In this document: piece after piece, positions 61,821 to 64,000 of the stretch
Layout of the letters: the number at the start of each line of letters is the position of its first letter
How positions within the stretch are numbered: position 1 is the first letter of the stretch
Assembly: GCA_037447605.1 (NCBI GenBank)
Contig: CM074805.1
Span: 3,195,361 to 3,259,360, forward strand
DNA from: Zygnema circumcarinatum SAG 698-1b
Lineage: Eukaryota > Plantae > Zygnematophyceae
DNA length: 64,000 nucleotides
Direction: 5' to 3'
Position numbers and translations under genes: made by a program
Notes under the pieces: generated by a model
Seen by the model: only the letters and a program-made list of their open reading frames with translations
What the model was told of the DNA's origin: nothing
Database searches by the model: none

Positions 61821-63687
61821 GAGATAATGAGTCTGCCGAACGGTATAAGGTAAAGCATTGGAAAGACTTTGCAAGTGGGTGCCAGGGAGTCCAGGGGCAT
61901 GTAGGCTTTTGCTCATTTCTCAATCCAAAGTGGAAGGCTCGCTTTCCAAGTGGAAAAAAGCTAAGAAAATAAAAAATCGTACAAAGACTATCTACCCATC
62001 TTTATGCATAGGCGTGCTTAAAGGATCAAATGCGCCTGACTTCCACAAGACCACAATAGACATCGCCAACAAAATTGTCAATCCGAGTTCAATGTGCAGA
62101 GGAGCAAAGTTCTAGATGGCCTCTACACGCGTCACAATTGGTCGGCAAACAATGTGAGTTTTTTTCGCTGGTCTCGCTCTTCTGCTTGGCACGTTCACAT
62201 CTCCGATATGGGTGAGCTGCTTTGAGTTTCTGTATGTTGGGGAGAAGCTTCTTCCTGGACATTACTTGTTCTGATCTGCACTCGAATTTGCTAGATATTG
62301 CAACCTCCCACGAAGCGCCTCTGGGAATCTGGGAAGGGGAAGTTGTAGTCCAAGTCCTTTGTTTCATCTTCTTGCGTTTTTATTTGGAGAGAGCTCGAAT
62401 TGTCTGTGGCCAAGCATGATGACGAACCAAACTAATTTTTTTCGCAAACTATTTGAAGTGAACCTATTGAAACTAAGCAATTCCTCGACAAATTCTATGC
62501 ATCCTTTAAAGAAGGTGAGGCTACATTTGTCCAAGCAGTGATACGTTTTCACTGAGTGCAGGTGGACACCTTCCTCAAGAGCGTACGCTGGGCGTTTTTG
62601 GCACTCTTCATTGTTGAGGTAAATCAAGGAAGCAGAGCAACATCGAATTCCTCTCTCATTTCATTTGTTCAAGCTATTTGTTTGATCTTCGGTTCGGGGG
62701 AGGTTTTGGGTAGTTTGCAGTGAACACGTCAAATTGGAAAGCATGGATGCTGTCGATGCGCACCCCTTCCGAGAAAATGCTGCTTGCTGCCTTAGGATGG
62801 CTCATTTGTAAACTAACCTGTTTGCTAACATTTGCTTTTGAAATAGGTGCTTTGCATTGTGCTCACTTACGTTAACCACAAATGGATTCCCATCGAATAC
62901 TACGAGGTAAAATTAGAGTCTCCATAGAATCTGTTAGAGCATCTGTTTAAATACTCGCTTGTGTGTACAGATCCAGAGGCTATCACGCCAGTTGCGGGAA
63001 ATGATGAGGAAGAACATACAGCTCACAATAAAAGAACTATTGGGATACTCTTTTTGTGTTTTGTGTCTGGCATGAGCTACTCAAACCCACAAATTCTTAC
63101 AACTTGATTGGGGAAATGCTGAGTTCAGACAATAGAGCAGAGCGCTCAGCGTCGAGACATGGCAATGGCAGCTGCAAAGCAGGACACGTAAGAACAATCA
63201 AATCACCAGACTTGCAAATTCTCCAGCTCCTTACAGCCTACGGATTGCCGTTCAATGCTTGTCCTACTTCTTTGGACACTCTTCAACTGACTTGCGTGTG
63301 CATGCTTCAGGTCAAGCAAGCAGGTCAAGGTGGAGAATTCTCGTGCAGCCGCTCTGGATACAAAGATGAAGCAGAAGTACGGAAAGTAAGCATGCGCTTC
63401 CCCATGACTCCCTTACTAGCTAGTTGGTGCACGGGGCAGTGGGAAAGGGGCAAGGACGGTTAAATAAAAAGGGTACGGTCAGTCTCTGGTACTAGACAGG
63501 GCTTTTTGTGTCTCATCCACAACTTCCAAGGCATGCCAAACCCTAAAAACCCTAAAAACCCTAAAACCCTAAAAACCCATTAGTAGACGTTGTGTATCTA
63601 GCTGTGTGGAAGGGGATTTCTGTGGTCAAAATTTCACTTGTGCCATAGGCGCAGATTGTTACCCACAGGTGGTGCACAAACATGTAA
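61099..63687 (+). CDS. Putative tetraspanin-like four-TM protein (resembles TOM2A type); exon model incomplete, may start near 60247
   Basis: In-phase hydrophobic exons: ISGLLIILMALVL...GW|WVIALGIITFSAPVLTIIGVRCSRLKFIGKVAVVLMVSAAIGCAAFTISLFSS|...|VDTFLKSVRWAFLALFIVE|VLCIVLTYVNHKWIPIEYYE|TIEQSAQRRDM...|...LDTKMKQKYGK. The MxxKYG tail recalls MREKYG of TOM2A-like proteins. Confidence 0.5.
61716..61819 (+). repeat. Long poly-A tract containing an N-gap
   Basis: An A-rich stretch, then about 31 A, 10 N and about 30 A, inside an intron of the four-TM gene. Confidence 0.9.
63538..63578 (-). repeat. Short interstitial telomere-like array (TTTTTAGGG/TTTTAGGG)
   Basis: The plus strand reads AAA CCCTAAAAA CCCTAAAAA CCCTAAAA CCCTAAAAA CCC. 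Confidence 0.8.
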
Positions 63688-64000
63688 TTGATCAATAGTC
63701 TCATGGTGAGATTGAGATGTCTTGTGGCAGGTGGTCCGTGGATGACTGGAGAGGCCCATAGTGAGTCGCTTCATGCTCTTTCCATTCGCCGTATTCCACA
63801 GTTAATAGGTCCAAATTGGCCTGTTCGAATCGACATAATGAAAGGAATCGTGATTCTCACATTATACACGAGGCTCATTTTGTTTTTTTAGACCACAAGC
63901 TAGCGATTAGCTGATGCTAGAGCATTGTCAACATGTATGAATAGTGCATGGGATGGCTGCACTGAGAGGAATCTCAGATTACGTTGTTCGGTGCCAGCCA

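Overview
Intron-rich eukaryotic nuclear DNA. Protein similarity, GT-AG introns and TTTAGGG-type repeats point to a green plant, probably a streptophyte alga (inference). I traced seven nuclear genes by hand. (1) A 3'-truncated acidic protein gene (-, 414-1032) lies head-to-head with (2) a ~50-exon TRRAP/Tra1 gene (+, 1563-32965). Then come (3) a PIF1-family helicase (+, ~37367-42704), (4) an NRP-type DCD-domain protein (+, 44974-47560), (5) coatomer beta (-, 49363-54450), (6) an organellar-type guanylate kinase (-, 55683-~58600) and (7) a tetraspanin/TOM2A-like four-TM protein (+, ~61099-63687). The most striking structure is inside TRRAP intron 9: mitochondrial rpl5-rps14 DNA that is circularly permuted. 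It runs rpl5 C-terminal half, rps14, an N-gap, organelle-type repeats, then the rpl5 N-terminal half, and is bounded by an exact 53-bp direct repeat, i.e. one full turn of a circle. It could be an integrated mitochondrial minicircle, a whole-mitogenome insertion, or a 53-bp micro-NUMT that pulled the assembler around the mitogenome; sequence alone cannot decide. Other notable items are a 489-bp-arm foldback element upstream of PIF1, telomere-like tracts (one in a PIF1 intron), a dense ABRE cluster and an RY array. Three 10-N gaps (8142-8151, 34310-34319, 61780-61789) limit interpretation. Exon models are manual, with no database search.
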